DNA of 64,000 bases from contig CBDBIB010000003.1 of the NCBI GenBank assembly GCA_965205945.1, positions 704,394 to 768,393 of the forward strand, written 5' to 3'. Both the position numbers and the translations under genes were made by a program. The stretch is from Bdellovibrionales bacterium. GTDB taxonomy: Bacteria; Bdellovibrionota; Bdellovibrionia; Bdellovibrionales; UBA1609. Below the pieces are notes generated by a model. The model worked only from the letters and a program-made list of their open reading frames with translations, was not told the DNA's origin and did not search any database. This document shows, in pieces, positions 10,243 through 21,882 of this stretch; within the stretch, counting starts at the first letter, position 1; every line of letters begins with the position of its first letter.

Positions 10243-11334
10243 ATGGAGTTATTTAGCGCAATAAATGTAAAAAAGCCCTTGGCTGAAGAGTTAAGACCTT
10301 TATCTTTAAAGAGTATTTTACTCGAGGATGGCCATGAGCTTTTAAGTCTTCATAAGGCATGGTTAAGAGGAAAGAGAGGGAGCTTTCTTATTTATGGACC
10401 TACAGGGTCAGGTAAGACTTCATTTATTAAGACTCTTTATGACTCTTATCAGGGTAGAAGGGAGTTAATAAATGCTGTGGATGTGGGGATTGCCCAGCTT
10501 AGAGAAACTTTAAAAGCTTTAGAGGATCACTTTAGAATCACCGGAGAGCCAACTTTAATGCTTATCGATGAGGCTCATAGGTTAAAAGCTCCACAACAGG
10601 ATATTTTGCTTCCAGTACTTGAATCTGGAGCGGTTTTATTGTTGGCCGCAACTACTCAGAACCCTAGTTTTAAATTTAATAAAGCCTTTTTAAGTAGGCT
10701 TAAGCTTATTAAGCTTAAGCCTCTTTCTGCTAAGCATATGCAAATTCTTTTAGATAGAGGGCTTGAGTATTTAGGGTTTAAAGGGGTGCTTTCTTATGAA
10801 ACTAAAAAGGCTTTGCTCACTAGGGCAGGTGGGGATGGGAGAAGACTCTTAGGTGATTTATCAGGTGTTGTTGATTTGTTTTCTTCTGATAGTGGGCAGA
10901 TAGATGATGTTGCTGCTAGTAAATATCTTGAGGCAGAGGTGTTTTTAGGCTCAAAAGAACTAAGGGTTAATGGCCTATCTGCATTAATTAAATCTATGAG
11001 AGCCTGTGATGAGGGAGCTGCGGTCTATTATATGGGACTGCTTTTAAAAGCAAAAGAAGATCCTGAGGTTTTATTAAGAAGAATGCTAATATTTGCATCA
11101 GAAGATATTGGAAATGCGAACCCTCAAGCAGTTATTTTTATAAATTCTCTTTGGGAGGGGTTTTTAAAGGTAGGAATGCCAGAGGCTGTGTACTCTTTGT
11201 ATCAGGGGTGCGCTTATTTAGCTAAATCTTCTAAGTCAAGAAGACATGTTGATCAGGTAAATTGGGCTGACCAGGTAATAGACAATAATATTGAAGGAAC
11301 TTTTTTTCCTAAGCATTTAAGAAAAAGCTTTTAA
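10243..11334 (+). CDS. rarA: Replication-associated recombination protein A (AAA+), C-terminally short
   Basis: PLAEELRP, GPTGSGKT, IDEAHR, ATTQNPSF, SALIKSMR, ASEDIGNA, VGMPEA. Confidence 0.88.
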   Translation: MELFSAINVKKPLAEELRPLSLKSILLEDGHELLSLHKAWLRGKRGSFLIYGPTGSGKTSFIKTLYDSYQGRRELINAVDVGIAQLRETLKALEDHFRITGEPTLMLIDEAHRLKAPQQDILLPVLESGAVLLLAATTQNPSFKFNKAFLSRLKLIKLKPLSAKHMQILLDRGLEYLGFKGVLSYETKKALLTRAGGDGRRLLGDLSGVVDLFSSDSGQIDDVAASKYLEAEVFLGSKELRVNGLSALIKSMRACDEGAAVYYMGLLLKAKEDPEVLLRRMLIFASEDIGNANPQAVIFINSLWEGFLKVGMPEAVYSLYQGCAYLAKSSKSRRHVDQVNWADQVIDNNIEGTFFPKHLRKSF

Positions 11335-11995
11335 CCTATAAATTACATAAAACAACTTACCTTTTTACTTATTTTTATCCCCTGTGGTATTAGAATTCTG
11401 GCTAAGTTTTTTGATAATTAAATTTCTATGTGTGGGACTAAAAACAATTCTCCAATAGGACCTAGTTTAATGTTTATTCAGCGTGTGAATATGAGGTTGA
11501 AAAATCAAAGAAGTCATCCTTTTTTTTAAAAGAAAATCTTTTCTCCCATGGGGCAGGTATCTGCTGTGAGAGCCTACATTTAAATATTTAAAGAGAGCCT
11601 AAGAATACAAGCTACTTTTTTTAGCTATTAGATTACACCTTTAAGAAGCCAACTTAAGCAGGTCATCCTTTAAAAGCTTTGTTTTAATTAAGGATTTCAT
11701 GGATTTTTAAAATTAAACAGGGCATCAATTATCAAATACCTGCACACATAAGGCATATGAAAGTAGAAATCAGGTTAAAACTAAATGTCATTAAAATACT
11801 TTCCTATATTTGGTTAAGCAATAGTTTAATAGGCATTAGGTATACTTATTTGTCTTACGGTATTAAAATAATGGGTCAATAAGGATGAAATGAAAACCAT
11901 AATGACAAGATTTAGCTGTTTTATAAGGCTTTAAATTTACTGACTTAGATAATATAAAAATAAAGGTAAATATCAAAATATTTAAGCCTAGGCTA

Positions 11996-12023
11996 TTGAC
12001 ATAAGCGTGTTAATTGGTAAGAA
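11996..12023 (+). promoter_or_regulatory. Candidate promoter of the S10 operon
   Basis: TTGACA at 11996-12001 and a TG-N-TAAGAA extended -10-like element at 12015-12023. Confidence 0.4.
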
Positions 12024-12071
12024 CACATATCTTTGCAGTTAGGGCAACCTATTTTAAGGGTGTTTTCATAT

Positions 12072-12114
12072 ATCGAGCACCAACTAATTTAGGACTCTAG
12101 GTGCGATTTTTTTT
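12072..12114 (+). promoter_or_regulatory. Hairpin plus T-tract in the rpsJ leader (possible attenuator)
   Basis: ATCG(AG)CACC pairs with GGTGCGAT, followed by T8. Confidence 0.35.
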
Positions 12115-12194
12115 GTTTCAAGCTTACTTAATTGGGGTAAAATAATTATTTAAAGCGTTTTTAGTTAAGGAACGTTGAGAAACAAGGTGGAACT

Positions 12195-12515
12195 ATGCAG
12201 AGTCAGAAAATTAGAATTCGTCTTAAGGCTTTTGATCATAAGCTACTTGATCAATCCACAAAAGAGATTGTTCAAACGGCCATTAGAACAGGTGCTAAAA
12301 TTGCCGGTCCAGTTCCATTGCCTACTAGAATTAATAAATATACGGTTCTTAGATCTCCCCATGTAGATAAAAAATCTAGAGAACAGTTTGAAATTAGAAC
12401 ACATAAAAGACTATTAGATATTTTAGAGCCAACACAACAAACTGTAGATCAACTCATGAAGTTAGATCTTTCAGCGGGTGTAGATGTTGAAATTAAGCTT
12501 TCAGCAGTTGATTGA
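12195..12515 (+). CDS. rpsJ: 30S ribosomal protein S10
   Basis: [25 protein letters not shown]. Confidence 0.99.
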   Translation: MQSQKIRIRLKAFDHKLLDQSTKEIVQTAIRTGAKIAGPVPLPTRINKYTVLRSPHVDKKSREQFEIRTHKRLLDILEPTQQTVDQLMKLDLSAGVDVEIKLSAVD

Positions 12516-12548
12516 GTCTTTTTTTAAAGCCACCAGAAGGGAATTGTG

Positions 12549-13229
12549 ATGTCAGATCAAGAAAATATAGAGGAAAAAGTAGCTGTAACATCAAATAGTT
12601 TAGCTCTTCCTGTGGTTTATGGGTTTAAAAAAGGAATGACCGCAATTTATAATGATTTAGGAGTGAGGGTTCCTGTAACTATTCTAGACTGCTCTCCATG
12701 GGTTATCACTCAAATTAAAACAAAAGATAACGATGGGTATGATTCAGTACAAGTGAGTTTTGGAATTAAAAAAGCTAAGAACGCAACAAAATCAGAAACT
12801 GGCCACGTTAAAGCGGCAGGTTGTCAAACAGGTTACAGATTATCAAAAGAAGCTTGTAAGGGAGTTTTTAAAGGATGTGAGCCGGGTAAACAGGTTTCTT
12901 CTGCAAGCTTAGTGGTTGGAAAGAAAGTACAAATCACAGCAATATCTAAAGGTCGTGGCTTTTCAGGTGTAATGAAAAGGTATAATTTTAGAGGAGGGCC
13001 CGCTTCACATGGATCTGGTTTTCATAAAAGACCTGGCTCAATGGGGAACTGTACTTTTCCGGGCAGAATTATGCAAGGTAAGAAAATGCCGGGTCAGTAT
13101 GGTAACAAAAAGGTTACTTTAAGAGGGATTGAAATTGTTGGTGTAAATTTAAAAGCAAATATTGTTTTATTAAAAGGTGCTGTTCCAGGTTCTATTAACG
13201 GATTAGTTAAAATAGCAGTAAAAGGTTAA
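12549..13229 (+). CDS. rplC: 50S ribosomal protein L3
   Basis: KKGMT, SKGRGFSGVMKRYNF, GKKMPGQYG. Confidence 0.98.
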   Translation: MSDQENIEEKVAVTSNSLALPVVYGFKKGMTAIYNDLGVRVPVTILDCSPWVITQIKTKDNDGYDSVQVSFGIKKAKNATKSETGHVKAAGCQTGYRLSKEACKGVFKGCEPGKQVSSASLVVGKKVQITAISKGRGFSGVMKRYNFRGGPASHGSGFHKRPGSMGNCTFPGRIMQGKKMPGQYGNKKVTLRGIEIVGVNLKANIVLLKGAVPGSINGLVKIAVKG

Positions 13230-13236
13230 AGGTGTT

Positions 13237-13869
13237 ATGGCTACTATAGAGGTTATAAATTTAGATAGTAAAAAGGTAGGAAGTGTTAAACTTAACACTG
13301 ATCTTTTTGAAAGATCTGTTAGAAAAGATATTTTACAAATTGTTGTTAAATGGCAGTTAGCAAAGAGAAGGCAGGGAACTCACAAAACTAAGACCAGAGC
13401 TGAAGCTTCTGGTGGTGGTGCAAAGCCTTATAAGCAAAAAGGTACTGGTAATGCGCGTAGAGGCTCAACAAGATCTCCATTGATTCGTGGTGGCGGTGTT
13501 ATTTTTGGTCCAAACCCGAAAAGTTATGCCTTTGCTGTTTCTAAAAAGCTTAGAAAAGCGGCTGTAAAGTATGCATTATCTTATTTATATAAAACAGGAA
13601 AGGTTATTGTTGTGGATTCTTTTGTTTCAACTAAAGGTAAAACTAAAGTTTTAGCCGCTCAACTCTCAGGAATGGGTCTTAAGAAATCAGTTTTATTAGG
13701 TGAGAGTCTTAATGATAATTTTGAAAGAGCATCTAGAAATATTCCTAAATTTATTTATCAGCCTGTAGAAGGTGTTAATGTTTATGATCTTCTTAAATAT
13801 GATGGGGTTGTTCTTGAACAAAGTGGCCTTACAAAGTTAGAAAAACGTTTGGGGGAAAGTGTAATATGA
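13237..13869 (+). CDS. rplD: 50S ribosomal protein L4
   Basis: RQGTHKTKTRAE, KPYKQKGTGNARRGS. Confidence 0.98.
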   Translation: MATIEVINLDSKKVGSVKLNTDLFERSVRKDILQIVVKWQLAKRRQGTHKTKTRAEASGGGAKPYKQKGTGNARRGSTRSPLIRGGGVIFGPNPKSYAFAVSKKLRKAAVKYALSYLYKTGKVIVVDSFVSTKGKTKVLAAQLSGMGLKKSVLLGESLNDNFERASRNIPKFIYQPVEGVNVYDLLKYDGVVLEQSGLTKLEKRLGESVI

Positions 13870-14153
13870 TTTTTACAATTAAAAAACCACTTGTTACAGA
13901 AAAATCATCAGGAGCTCAAAATGAACAAGGGTTTTATACTTTTCAAGTTCAAAAAGCTGCAACAAAAATTGAAATTAAAAAAGCTGTTCAAAAACAGTTT
14001 GATGTAAAGGTTAAGAGCATTAAAACTTTAGTATGCAGAGGTAAAGCCAAAAAAACAGCTAAAGGTATCGTGAAACCTAGGTATTGGAAAAAAGCTTTAG
14101 TCAAGCTTAAAACTGGTGAGCAAATTAAAATGTTTGAAGGGGGAGCAAACTAA
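13866..14153 (+). CDS. rplW: 50S ribosomal protein L23
   Basis: [25 protein letters not shown]. Confidence 0.97.
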   Translation: MIFTIKKPLVTEKSSGAQNEQGFYTFQVQKAATKIEIKKAVQKQFDVKVKSIKTLVCRGKAKKTAKGIVKPRYWKKALVKLKTGEQIKMFEGGAN

Positions 14154-14974
14154 TGGGAATTAAAGCATTAAAACCTTGTTCAAACGGGCAAAGAAATAGA
14201 TCAGGCTTTGATTTTAAAGAAATTACGAAAGCTACTCCGGAAAAAGCTTTAACAAAAGCTTTAAGAAGAACTTCTGCTAGAAATAATTTTGGAAGAATTA
14301 CAATGAGACATCAAGGTGGAGGGCATAAGAAGCGTTATCGTTTAGTAGATTTTAAAAGAAATAAAACAGATATTTTAGCAAACGTATTAGCTATTGAATA
14401 TGATCCGAATAGATCATGTCGTATTGCTTTAATCTGTTATGTAGATGGAGTTAAATCATACATTCTTGCTCCCGCAGGGCTTTATGTGGGTGATACGGTT
14501 ATATCTAGCAATTCTGCGGATATTAAAATTGGAAACTCTTTAGCTTTAACAAGTATTCCAACTGGTACGACTATTCATAATATTGAGCTTAGACCTGGTA
14601 AAGGGGGTCAAATGGTTAGAGGTGCTGGATCATCAGCTTCTTTAGTGGCTAAACTAGGTAAGTATTGTCAAGTCAAGCTTCCTTCAGGGGAGGTACGACA
14701 GGTTCTTGCAACTTGCAGAGCTACAATTGGTCAAGTTGGCAATACGGATAATGAAAATATTAAGATTGGTAAAGCTGGACGTAAGCGTTGGATGGGTATT
14801 AGACCGACAGTTCGTGGTGTAGCAATGAATTCAAACGATCATCCCCTTGGTGGTGGCGAAGCAAAAGGTAAAGGACATCACCCCGTATCTCCTTGGGGGC
14901 AACCGTGTAAGGGGTTTAAAACTAGAAGTAATAAAAGAACTGACAACATGATTGTTAAAAGAAGAGGTAAATAA
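14153..14974 (+). CDS. rplB: 50S ribosomal protein L2
   Basis: [26 protein letters not shown]. Confidence 0.99.
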   Translation: MGIKALKPCSNGQRNRSGFDFKEITKATPEKALTKALRRTSARNNFGRITMRHQGGGHKKRYRLVDFKRNKTDILANVLAIEYDPNRSCRIALICYVDGVKSYILAPAGLYVGDTVISSNSADIKIGNSLALTSIPTGTTIHNIELRPGKGGQMVRGAGSSASLVAKLGKYCQVKLPSGEVRQVLATCRATIGQVGNTDNENIKIGKAGRKRWMGIRPTVRGVAMNSNDHPLGGGEAKGKGHHPVSPWGQPCKGFKTRSNKRTDNMIVKRRGK

Positions 14975-15240
14975 TGGCTCGTTCGTTAAAGAAAGGTCCT
15001 TTTGTTGATCACCATCTTCAAGCTAAAATTAGTAGAGCTTTAGAAGTAGGTGATAAGAAAGTAATTAAAACTTGGTCTAGAAGGTCTATGATTAGTCCTG
15101 AAGCTGCGGGTTTAACATTTGCTGTTCATAATGGTAAAAAATTTGTTCCTGTTTTTATTTCTGATAATATGATTGGCCATAAGTATGGCGAGTTTGCACC
15201 AACTAGAAATTATACAGGTCATGGCAATAAGAAGAAATAG
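14974..15240 (+). CDS. rpsS: 30S ribosomal protein S19
   Basis: [23 protein letters not shown]. Confidence 0.99.
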   Translation: MARSLKKGPFVDHHLQAKISRALEVGDKKVIKTWSRRSMISPEAAGLTFAVHNGKKFVPVFISDNMIGHKYGEFAPTRNYTGHGNKKK

Positions 15241-15254
15241 GAGTAAATTGTTAA

Positions 15255-15584
15255 ATGGAAGTTAAAGCATCACTAAAATATGCAAGAATAGGGGCTTTTA
15301 AAGCTAGATTAGTTGCTAATCTAGTTAGAGGGCAGGAAGTTAACAAAGCTATTCGTAATCTTACTTTTTCATCTAAAAAAGCTGGGTTAATGATTAAGAA
15401 ATTAATTGAATCTGCAGCCTCAAATATTCAAAATCAGGTTATGGATGTGGACAATCTTTATGTGAAAACAATTACTGTTGATGAAGGTCCAGTTTTAAAA
15501 AGGTTTCGTCCAAGGGCTCAAGGTAGGGCTTCAGGTATTAAAAAGAAAACAAGTCATATCAACGTAGTATTGGCAGAGAGGTAG
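15255..15584 (+). CDS. rplV: 50S ribosomal protein L22
   Basis: KARLVANLVRG, RPRAQGRA. Confidence 0.98.
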   Translation: MEVKASLKYARIGAFKARLVANLVRGQEVNKAIRNLTFSSKKAGLMIKKLIESAASNIQNQVMDVDNLYVKTITVDEGPVLKRFRPRAQGRASGIKKKTSHINVVLAER

Positions 15585-15588
15585 GGTA

Positions 15589-16254
15589 ATGGGACAAAAG
15601 GTTAATCCAATAGGCTTAAGAGTTGGGGTTATTAGAACATGGGATTCTCGTTGGTTTTCTACTGGAAAACAATATGTTGAAAATATTCATGAAGATTTTA
15701 AAATTAGAAATCATATTAAAAAAATGCCTGTTCTTAAAAGAGCCGGTGTTTCTAAAGTCGAAATTGAAAGAGCGGCTAAAAAAGCGAAAGTTATTATTTC
15801 AACAGCGAGACCGGGTGTTGTTATCGGTAAAAAAGGTGCTGGAATAGATGCTTTAAAAATAGATCTTCAAAAAGTCTCTAAGAATGAGATTTTTGTAAGT
15901 ATTCAAGAGGTTAGAAAGCCTGATTTAGATGCAAATCTTATTGCTCAAAATATTGCTATGCAGTTAGAGAAAAGAATTTCTTGGAGAAGAGCCCTTAAGA
16001 AAGCTATTACGGCTTCGGTAAAAGGTGGGGTAAGAGGAATTAAAATTCAAATTGGTGGACGCCTTGACGGAGCTGAAATTGCAAGAAGCGAGTGGTACAC
16101 AGAAAAATCTGTACCACTACACACATTAAGAGCTGATATTGATTATGGAACTGCAGAAGCATTAACTACATATGGGGTTATTGGATTAAAAGTATGGGTT
16201 TATCGTGGTGATATTTTAACTACTAAAGAAGTTGAGGAGGCCGGTCGTGCTTAG
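15589..16254 (+). CDS. rpsC: 30S ribosomal protein S3
   Basis: [34 protein letters not shown]. Confidence 0.99.
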   Translation: MGQKVNPIGLRVGVIRTWDSRWFSTGKQYVENIHEDFKIRNHIKKMPVLKRAGVSKVEIERAAKKAKVIISTARPGVVIGKKGAGIDALKIDLQKVSKNEIFVSIQEVRKPDLDANLIAQNIAMQLEKRISWRRALKKAITASVKGGVRGIKIQIGGRLDGAEIARSEWYTEKSVPLHTLRADIDYGTAEALTTYGVIGLKVWVYRGDILTTKEVEEAGRA

Positions 16255-16660
16255 CCCTAAGAAGATAAAGTGGAGAAAGCAACGAAAAGGTCGTATTACT
16301 GGGCAGGCTAAAAGAGGTACTACAGTAGCCTTTGGTGACTTTGCAATTAAAACTTTAGAGCAGGGAAGAATTACAGCTCGTCAAATTGAATCTGCTCGTA
16401 GAGCAATTCAAAGATCTGTGAAAAGAGGGGGAAAACTTTGGATTAGAATTTTTCCAGATAAGCCTCTTACTAAAAAACCTGCTGAAGTAAGAATGGGTAA
16501 AGGTAAGGGCAGTGTGGAATTATGGGTGGCACCTGTAAGACCAGGTAGAATCTTATATGAAATTAACGGAATCACTAAAGAACAGGCTCAAAAAGCATTT
16601 AAACTAGCTGGCTACAAACTTCCTGTTAAAGTTAAATTTATTCAAAGAGAGGGTCTATGA
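16247..16660 (+). CDS. rplP: 50S ribosomal protein L16
   Basis: GTG start at 16247 after [14 protein letters not shown]. Confidence 0.98.
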   Translation: MLSPKKIKWRKQRKGRITGQAKRGTTVAFGDFAIKTLEQGRITARQIESARRAIQRSVKRGGKLWIRIFPDKPLTKKPAEVRMGKGKGSVELWVAPVRPGRILYEINGITKEQAQKAFKLAGYKLPVKVKFIQREGL

Positions 16661-16866
16661 AATTTACAGACGTAAAAGATCTTTCTGTTACTGAATTAGT
16701 AAAAAGAATTAATCTGAAAAAAAATGAACTATTTGAACTTAAAATGAAATCACATATGGGCCAGCTTACAAACCCTGTGCAGGTAAGAACATCGAGAAGG
16801 GAATTGGCAAAAATGTTGACTGCTATAAATAAAAAAGAAACAAGTAAAGGAGGCGTAAATGAGTGA
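16657..16866 (+). CDS. rpmC: 50S ribosomal protein L29
   Basis: ELFELKM...GQLTNP...RRELAKMLT; operon position. Confidence 0.96.
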   Translation: MKFTDVKDLSVTELVKRINLKKNELFELKMKSHMGQLTNPVQVRTSRRELAKMLTAINKKETSKGGVNE

Positions 16867-17131
16867 AATAACTGCTGCTACTAGAGGTCGACGTAATGAA
16901 GTTATTGGCGAAGTAATTAGTGATAAAATGAATAAAACAATTTCTGTTAAAATCTTTAGAACTGTTAAGCATCCAAAATATGGTAAATACATTAAGAAAA
17001 CATCTATTTTTAAGGCTCATGATGAATCCAATGAAGCTAAAACCGGTGATATTGTTAAAATTTTTGAAGCTCGTCCTTTTAGTAAATTAAAAAGATGGAA
17101 GCTTTCAAAAGTTATTGAGAAAAGTAAATAG
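16859..17131 (+). CDS. rpsQ: 30S ribosomal protein S17
   Basis: GEVISDKMNKTI, HPKYGK, RPFSKLKRW. Confidence 0.98.
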   Translation: MSEITAATRGRRNEVIGEVISDKMNKTISVKIFRTVKHPKYGKYIKKTSIFKAHDESNEAKTGDIVKIFEARPFSKLKRWKLSKVIEKSK

Positions 17132-17149
17132 GAATTAAAGGGGTTTAAA

Positions 17150-17518
17150 GTGATTCAAATGCAAACAAAACTTTCAGTTGCAGATAATTCAGGAGCAAAA
17201 GAAGTTCAATGTATTAAAGTACTTGGTGGGTCTAAGAGAAGAACAGCCTCAGTGGGAGATATTATTGTTGTATCTGTAAAAGCAGCATTGCCTAATTCAA
17301 AAGTTAAAAAAGGTGATGTAGCAAAGGCTGTTGTTGTTAGAACTATTCATAAGATTAGAAGAGCTGATGGAAGTTATATTAGATTTGATGAAAACTCAGC
17401 AGTTTTGATTAACGCTTCAAAAGAACTCATAGGCACTCGTATTTTTGGTCCTGTTGCTAGAGAGTTAAGAGTTAAGTCATTTATTAAAATTGTTTCATTA
17501 GCTCCAGAGGTAATTTAA
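17150..17518 (+). CDS. rplN: 50S ribosomal protein L14
   Basis: [28 protein letters not shown]. Confidence 0.99.
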   Translation: MIQMQTKLSVADNSGAKEVQCIKVLGGSKRRTASVGDIIVVSVKAALPNSKVKKGDVAKAVVVRTIHKIRRADGSYIRFDENSAVLINASKELIGTRIFGPVARELRVKSFIKIVSLAPEVI

Positions 17519-17519
17519 A

Positions 17520-18062
17520 ATGAGTTTAAGTTTAGATAAATATAAAAATGAAGTGATTCCAGTTTTGAAAAATCAATTAGGTACAGATAATCTAATGAAA
17601 CTTCCAAGGCTTGAGAAAATTGTGATTAATCAGTGTATTAGTGAGGCCGTTCAAAACCCTAAACTTATTAATACTGCAGTTAAAGAGTTAACTGATCTTT
17701 CAGGGCAAAAAGCTGTTCCTACAAAAGCAAAAAAAGCTATTGCAAATTTTAAATTAAGAGAAGGTATGTCTTTAGGTGCTCGTGTAACTCTTCGGCGTGA
17801 AAATATGTGGGCTTTTTATGATAGACTTGTTCATTTGGCTCTTCCACAGGTTAGAGACTTTAGAGGTTTATCTCCAAAAGGATTTGATGGTCGTGGAAAT
17901 TATAATATGGGAGTTAAGGAGCAAATTATTTTTCCTGAAATTTCTTATGATAAAGTAGATAAAGTACGTGGAATGAATATAACGATTTGCACAAGCGCAA
18001 GTAATGACATAGAAGGAAGGGCTCTTTTAACAGAGTTAGGAATGCCCTTTAAAAAGAAGTAG
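17520..18062 (+). CDS. rplE: 50S ribosomal protein L5
   Basis: FKLREGM, RDFRGLS, FDGRGNY, QIIFPEI. Confidence 0.99.
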   Translation: MSLSLDKYKNEVIPVLKNQLGTDNLMKLPRLEKIVINQCISEAVQNPKLINTAVKELTDLSGQKAVPTKAKKAIANFKLREGMSLGARVTLRRENMWAFYDRLVHLALPQVRDFRGLSPKGFDGRGNYNMGVKEQIIFPEISYDKVDKVRGMNITICTSASNDIEGRALLTELGMPFKKK

Positions 18063-18077
18063 GAGGGAGGTGTAGTT

Positions 18078-18467
18078 ATGGATACAGTTGGAGATTTTCT
18101 TACAAGAATTAGAAACGCAGGTATGGCAAGGCATGAAAAGGTGGATGTTCCTTCGTCAAATTTAAGAAAAGGAATTGCTACAATTTTAAAAGAACATGGT
18201 TATATTAAGAATTTTAGAGAAGCTAAAGATGGCAAACAAGGTATTATGAGAGTTTATTTAAACTACGATGCTAAAGGTAAAACTGCTATTGATACGATCT
18301 CAAGAGTAAGTACGCCAGGTAAAAGAGTTTATGTTAAGGCAACAGAAATCCCTGAAGTTAGATCAGGGTTTGGTGTTTCAGTGGTGAGTACAAGTAAAGG
18401 GGTTTTAAGTGGAAAACAAGCAGCTCAGCAGAATCTGGGTGGCGAGTATCTACTTAAAGTTTGGTAG
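18078..18467 (+). CDS. rpsH: 30S ribosomal protein S8
   Basis: DFLTRIRNA, RVSTPGKRVY, STSKGV. Confidence 0.99.
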   Translation: MDTVGDFLTRIRNAGMARHEKVDVPSSNLRKGIATILKEHGYIKNFREAKDGKQGIMRVYLNYDAKGKTAIDTISRVSTPGKRVYVKATEIPEVRSGFGVSVVSTSKGVLSGKQAAQQNLGGEYLLKVW

Positions 18468-18476
18468 GGTATTAAG

Positions 18477-19019
18477 ATGTCTAGAGTGGGTAAAGCTATA
18501 ATTAATATTCCTGAAAAAGTGACCGTAACAACAGATGATAAAGGCTTAGTTACAGTTAAAGGTGTAAAAGATTTACAGACAGTTCAACTTACAGGTTCTA
18601 TTTCAGTTAAAGTTAAAGGTTCTGAGTTGAGTGTTTGTAGAGGTGATGATGAGACTAAAACAAGAACTCTTCATGGTCTTTATAGAAGTTTAGTTTTTAA
18701 TGCTGTTTATGGGGTTTCAACTGGTTGGTCTAAAACTTTGATTTTAAATGGTGTTGGTTACCGGGCTGCTGCTTCTCAAAAAACATTAGACTTAACATTA
18801 GGGTTCTCTCATCCAATTCAATTTTTAATTCCCAGTGGAATTACTATTAAAGTAGAGAAGCAAACAACTGTTACAATAACAGGAGCTAACAAAGCTTTAG
18901 TTGGTCAAGTTTCAGCAGATATTAGAGCATATAGGCTTCCTGAGCCATATCTTGGAAAAGGAATTAGATACTCTGATGAAGTGATTAGAAGAAAAGCTGG
19001 TAAATCAGGTAGCAAGTAA
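18477..19019 (+). CDS. rplF: 50S ribosomal protein L6
   Basis: [29 protein letters not shown]. Confidence 0.99.
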   Translation: MSRVGKAIINIPEKVTVTTDDKGLVTVKGVKDLQTVQLTGSISVKVKGSELSVCRGDDETKTRTLHGLYRSLVFNAVYGVSTGWSKTLILNGVGYRAAASQKTLDLTLGFSHPIQFLIPSGITIKVEKQTTVTITGANKALVGQVSADIRAYRLPEPYLGKGIRYSDEVIRRKAGKSGSK

Positions 19020-19030
19020 GGAGCTATGAA

Positions 19031-19396
19031 ATGAGATTGAGTTTTAAAAAAAAGACTAATGATAAAACTATTGGTCGACTTAAAAACAGAATGAGAATTA
19101 GGAAAAAAGTAAGTGGCACCATTGAAAAGCCAAGACTTGCTGTTTTTAAGAGTATAAAAAATATATATGTTCAACTTATTGATGATGTCTCAGGTAAGAC
19201 TTTAGCTTCAGTTTCTACTTTAAAAACTTCTGGTAATGGAAATAAAGAAACAGCAAAGGCTGTGGGAAAAGAAATTGCTAAGAAAGCAGCAACTTTAAAA
19301 ATTAAAAAAGTTGTTTTTGATAGAAGTGGTTATGTATACCATGGCAGAGTACAAGCAATCGCAGAGGGTGCTCGTGAAGCTGGATTAAAATTTTAA
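19031..19396 (+). CDS. rplR: 50S ribosomal protein L18
   Basis: [28 protein letters not shown]. Confidence 0.99.
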   Translation: MRLSFKKKTNDKTIGRLKNRMRIRKKVSGTIEKPRLAVFKSIKNIYVQLIDDVSGKTLASVSTLKTSGNGNKETAKAVGKEIAKKAATLKIKKVVFDRSGYVYHGRVQAIAEGAREAGLKF

Positions 19397-19408
19397 GGGA
19401 GTTAAAAG

Positions 19409-19900
19409 GTGATTGAACAACAAGAATTTGAGGAACGTGTGGTTGCAATTAATAGAGTTGCAAAAGTGGTTAAAGGAGGGCGTAGGTTTTCATTTTCAGC
19501 TCTTGTAGTAGCTGGGTCTGGACAGGGTGAAATTGGCTTTGGTTCTGGTAAGGCAGGAGAAGTTCCAGCTGCAATCGGAAAAGCCAGTCGTCTTGCTAAA
19601 AAAAATGCTACAAAAATTGAAATGAAGGAAAGTAGAACTATTCCTCATAAGGTTGTGGGTGTTTATGGAGCGGCTAAAGTTGTCATGCTTCCAGCTGCTC
19701 CGGGTACAGGTGTTATTGCTGGTGGTGCTGTAAGATCGGTACTTGAAGCTGCAGGTATTAAGGATATTTTAACAAAGTGTATTGGGACAAGAAATCCACA
19801 CAATGCTGTGAGAGCAACATTTCAAGGGCTAAGTCAGTTAACAGATAAAACGTTCTTGGAAAGACAAGAGGCGGAAAAAAGAAATAAGAGAGGGTTATGA
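19409..19900 (+). CDS. rpsE: 30S ribosomal protein S5
   Basis: [27 protein letters not shown]. Confidence 0.99.
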   Translation: MIEQQEFEERVVAINRVAKVVKGGRRFSFSALVVAGSGQGEIGFGSGKAGEVPAAIGKASRLAKKNATKIEMKESRTIPHKVVGVYGAAKVVMLPAAPGTGVIAGGAVRSVLEAAGIKDILTKCIGTRNPHNAVRATFQGLSQLTDKTFLERQEAEKRNKRGL

Positions 19901-20079
19901 AAAGCTTTAAAGTTACATTAAAAAGTAGTGCAATTGGAGCAACTCAAATTCAAAAAGAAACGCTAAGGTGTTTAGGGCTTAAGAAAATAGGTTCTTGTGT
20001 TATTATTAAGGACAATCCTGCACAGAGGGGACAGATTTTTAAAATGCAACAGTGGTTAAAAGTTAAAGTGCACAAGTAG
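19897..20079 (+). CDS. rpmD: 50S ribosomal protein L30
   Basis: [26 protein letters not shown]. Confidence 0.95.
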   Translation: MKSFKVTLKSSAIGATQIQKETLRCLGLKKIGSCVIIKDNPAQRGQIFKMQQWLKVKVHK

Positions 20080-20119
20080 ATTTTAAGCTATGATTAGGAA
20101 AAAGCTTAAGGAGTTAAGA

Positions 20120-20569
20120 ATGAGTTTATTATCAAATTTAAGACCTAAAAAAGGTTCTACACATAATAGAAAAAGAATTGGACGTGGTGATGCGTCTGGA
20201 TCCGGTGGAACAGCTGGAAAAGGTCATAAAGGCCAAAAAGCAAGAGCCGGTGGTGGTATTCGATTAGGGTTTGAAGGTGGTCAAATGCCTTTAGTAAGAA
20301 GACTTCCTAAATTTGGTTTTACAAACTCAAAATTTAAGAAGACATATGATTTAGTGAGTTTAGAGCAATTAAATTATTTTAAGGGTGATATAACAGTTGA
20401 AACTCTAAGAGAAGCTGGCTTGGTTCATAAAAAAGGTAGAGTTAAAGTGTTAGCTAAAGGTGAACTTACTAAGGCTATTAATGTAAGGGTTCATAAAATC
20501 AGTGATTCTGCTAAAAAAATTATTCAAGATAAAGGTGGCAAGGTTGAGGTTATTGAGTGTCAAAAATAG
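20120..20569 (+). CDS. rplO: 50S ribosomal protein L15
   Basis: ATG at 20120 after AGGAG; GKGHKGQKAR, FEGGQMPL, RLPKFGF. Confidence 0.98.
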   Translation: MSLLSNLRPKKGSTHNRKRIGRGDASGSGGTAGKGHKGQKARAGGGIRLGFEGGQMPLVRRLPKFGFTNSKFKKTYDLVSLEQLNYFKGDITVETLREAGLVHKKGRVKVLAKGELTKAINVRVHKISDSAKKIIQDKGGKVEVIECQK

Positions 20570-21882
20570 ATAATTTAGCAAGTAATCAAAAGCTTACAAA
20601 CAAGATTTTATTTACACTAGCCATGCTTGCGATTTATAGAATTGGTGTTCAAATTCCATGCCCTGGTCTTGATGCCAGCGCTGTACAATCCTTCTTTCAA
20701 AACCAAGGGGGTGGATTGTTTGGGATGTTTAATACATTCACAGGTGGAGCTCTTGAAAGGTTTTCTGTATTGGCCTTAGGCGTAATGCCGTATATTTCAG
20801 CTTCGATTATATTTCAGCTCCTTCAATCAGGGGTTCCATATTTAGAACAATTAAAAAAAGAAGGTGAACAGGGACGTAAAAAAATCAATCAATACACAAG
20901 ATATGCCACGGTCCTTTTATGTGTGGTTCAAGGCTATGCAATGTCTAATTGGCTTTTTAAATCAGCAGCTCCGGATGGTTCAACTCTTGTATTATCTAAG
21001 AGTATCGGATTTATTGATTTTAGAATTTTAACTGTAATTACTTTAACAGCAGGTACGTGTTTTATTATGTGGCTTGGTGAGCAAATTACTGAAAGAGGCA
21101 TTGGTAATGGGATTTCTTTAATTATCTTTGCTGGTATCGCCTCAGGTATGCCTGCAGGGGCAGTTTCTATATGGAAACAATTTCAATCTGGTCAATTGTC
21201 ACTACCTTTGGTTTTAGGGTTACTAGGAGGGATGGTTTTTATATTAGGCTTTATAATTTTTATAGAAGTTGCCCAGAGAAGAATCCCTGTTCAATACTCT
21301 CAACGAGGGGCTGGCAAGCAGTCTATGCAGGCTCAAGGTAGTCATTTGCCTTTAAAAATTAACTTTGCCAATGTAATTCCCCCAATTTTTGCATCAAGTA
21401 TTTTAATGTTTCCTGCTACAATGGCGCAATTTTTTGGAGATTCTCAAATTATTAAATTTTTACAAGAGAATTTAATGCCTACAGGCGCCTTATATCAAAT
21501 AATATTTATTGCTCTGGTGGTCTTTTTCTGCTTTTTCTACACAGAAATTGTTTTTAATCCGGAAGAAGTTTCAGATAATCTTAAAAAATATGGTGGATTT
21601 ATTCCAGGGATAAGAGCAGGCAGAAGTACTGCTGAGTATATTAAGCGTGTGTTAGACAGACTTACTGTTGTAGGTGCAGTATACTTAAGTGCTGTTTGTG
21701 TATTGCCAATTATCCTTATGCAGAGTATGAGCTTATCTTTTTATTTTGGTGGAACAAGTCTACTGATTCTAGTAGGTGTTGCTCTAGATTTTATACAACA
21801 GGTTCAATCGCATTTACTGTCTTCAAAATATGAAAATATGATGAAAGGTACTCGTGTTAAGAGTAGGAGGGTTCAGTATTGA
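20557..21882 (+). CDS. secY: Preprotein translocase subunit SecY
   Basis: ALGVMPYISASII, WLGEQITERGIGNGISL, FIPGIRAG, FGGTSLLI. Confidence 0.99.
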   Translation: MSKIDNLASNQKLTNKILFTLAMLAIYRIGVQIPCPGLDASAVQSFFQNQGGGLFGMFNTFTGGALERFSVLALGVMPYISASIIFQLLQSGVPYLEQLKKEGEQGRKKINQYTRYATVLLCVVQGYAMSNWLFKSAAPDGSTLVLSKSIGFIDFRILTVITLTAGTCFIMWLGEQITERGIGNGISLIIFAGIASGMPAGAVSIWKQFQSGQLSLPLVLGLLGGMVFILGFIIFIEVAQRRIPVQYSQRGAGKQSMQAQGSHLPLKINFANVIPPIFASSILMFPATMAQFFGDSQIIKFLQENLMPTGALYQIIFIALVVFFCFFYTEIVFNPEEVSDNLKKYGGFIPGIRAGRSTAEYIKRVLDRLTVVGAVYLSAVCVLPIILMQSMSLSFYFGGTSLLILVGVALDFIQQVQSHLLSSKYENMMKGTRVKSRRVQY

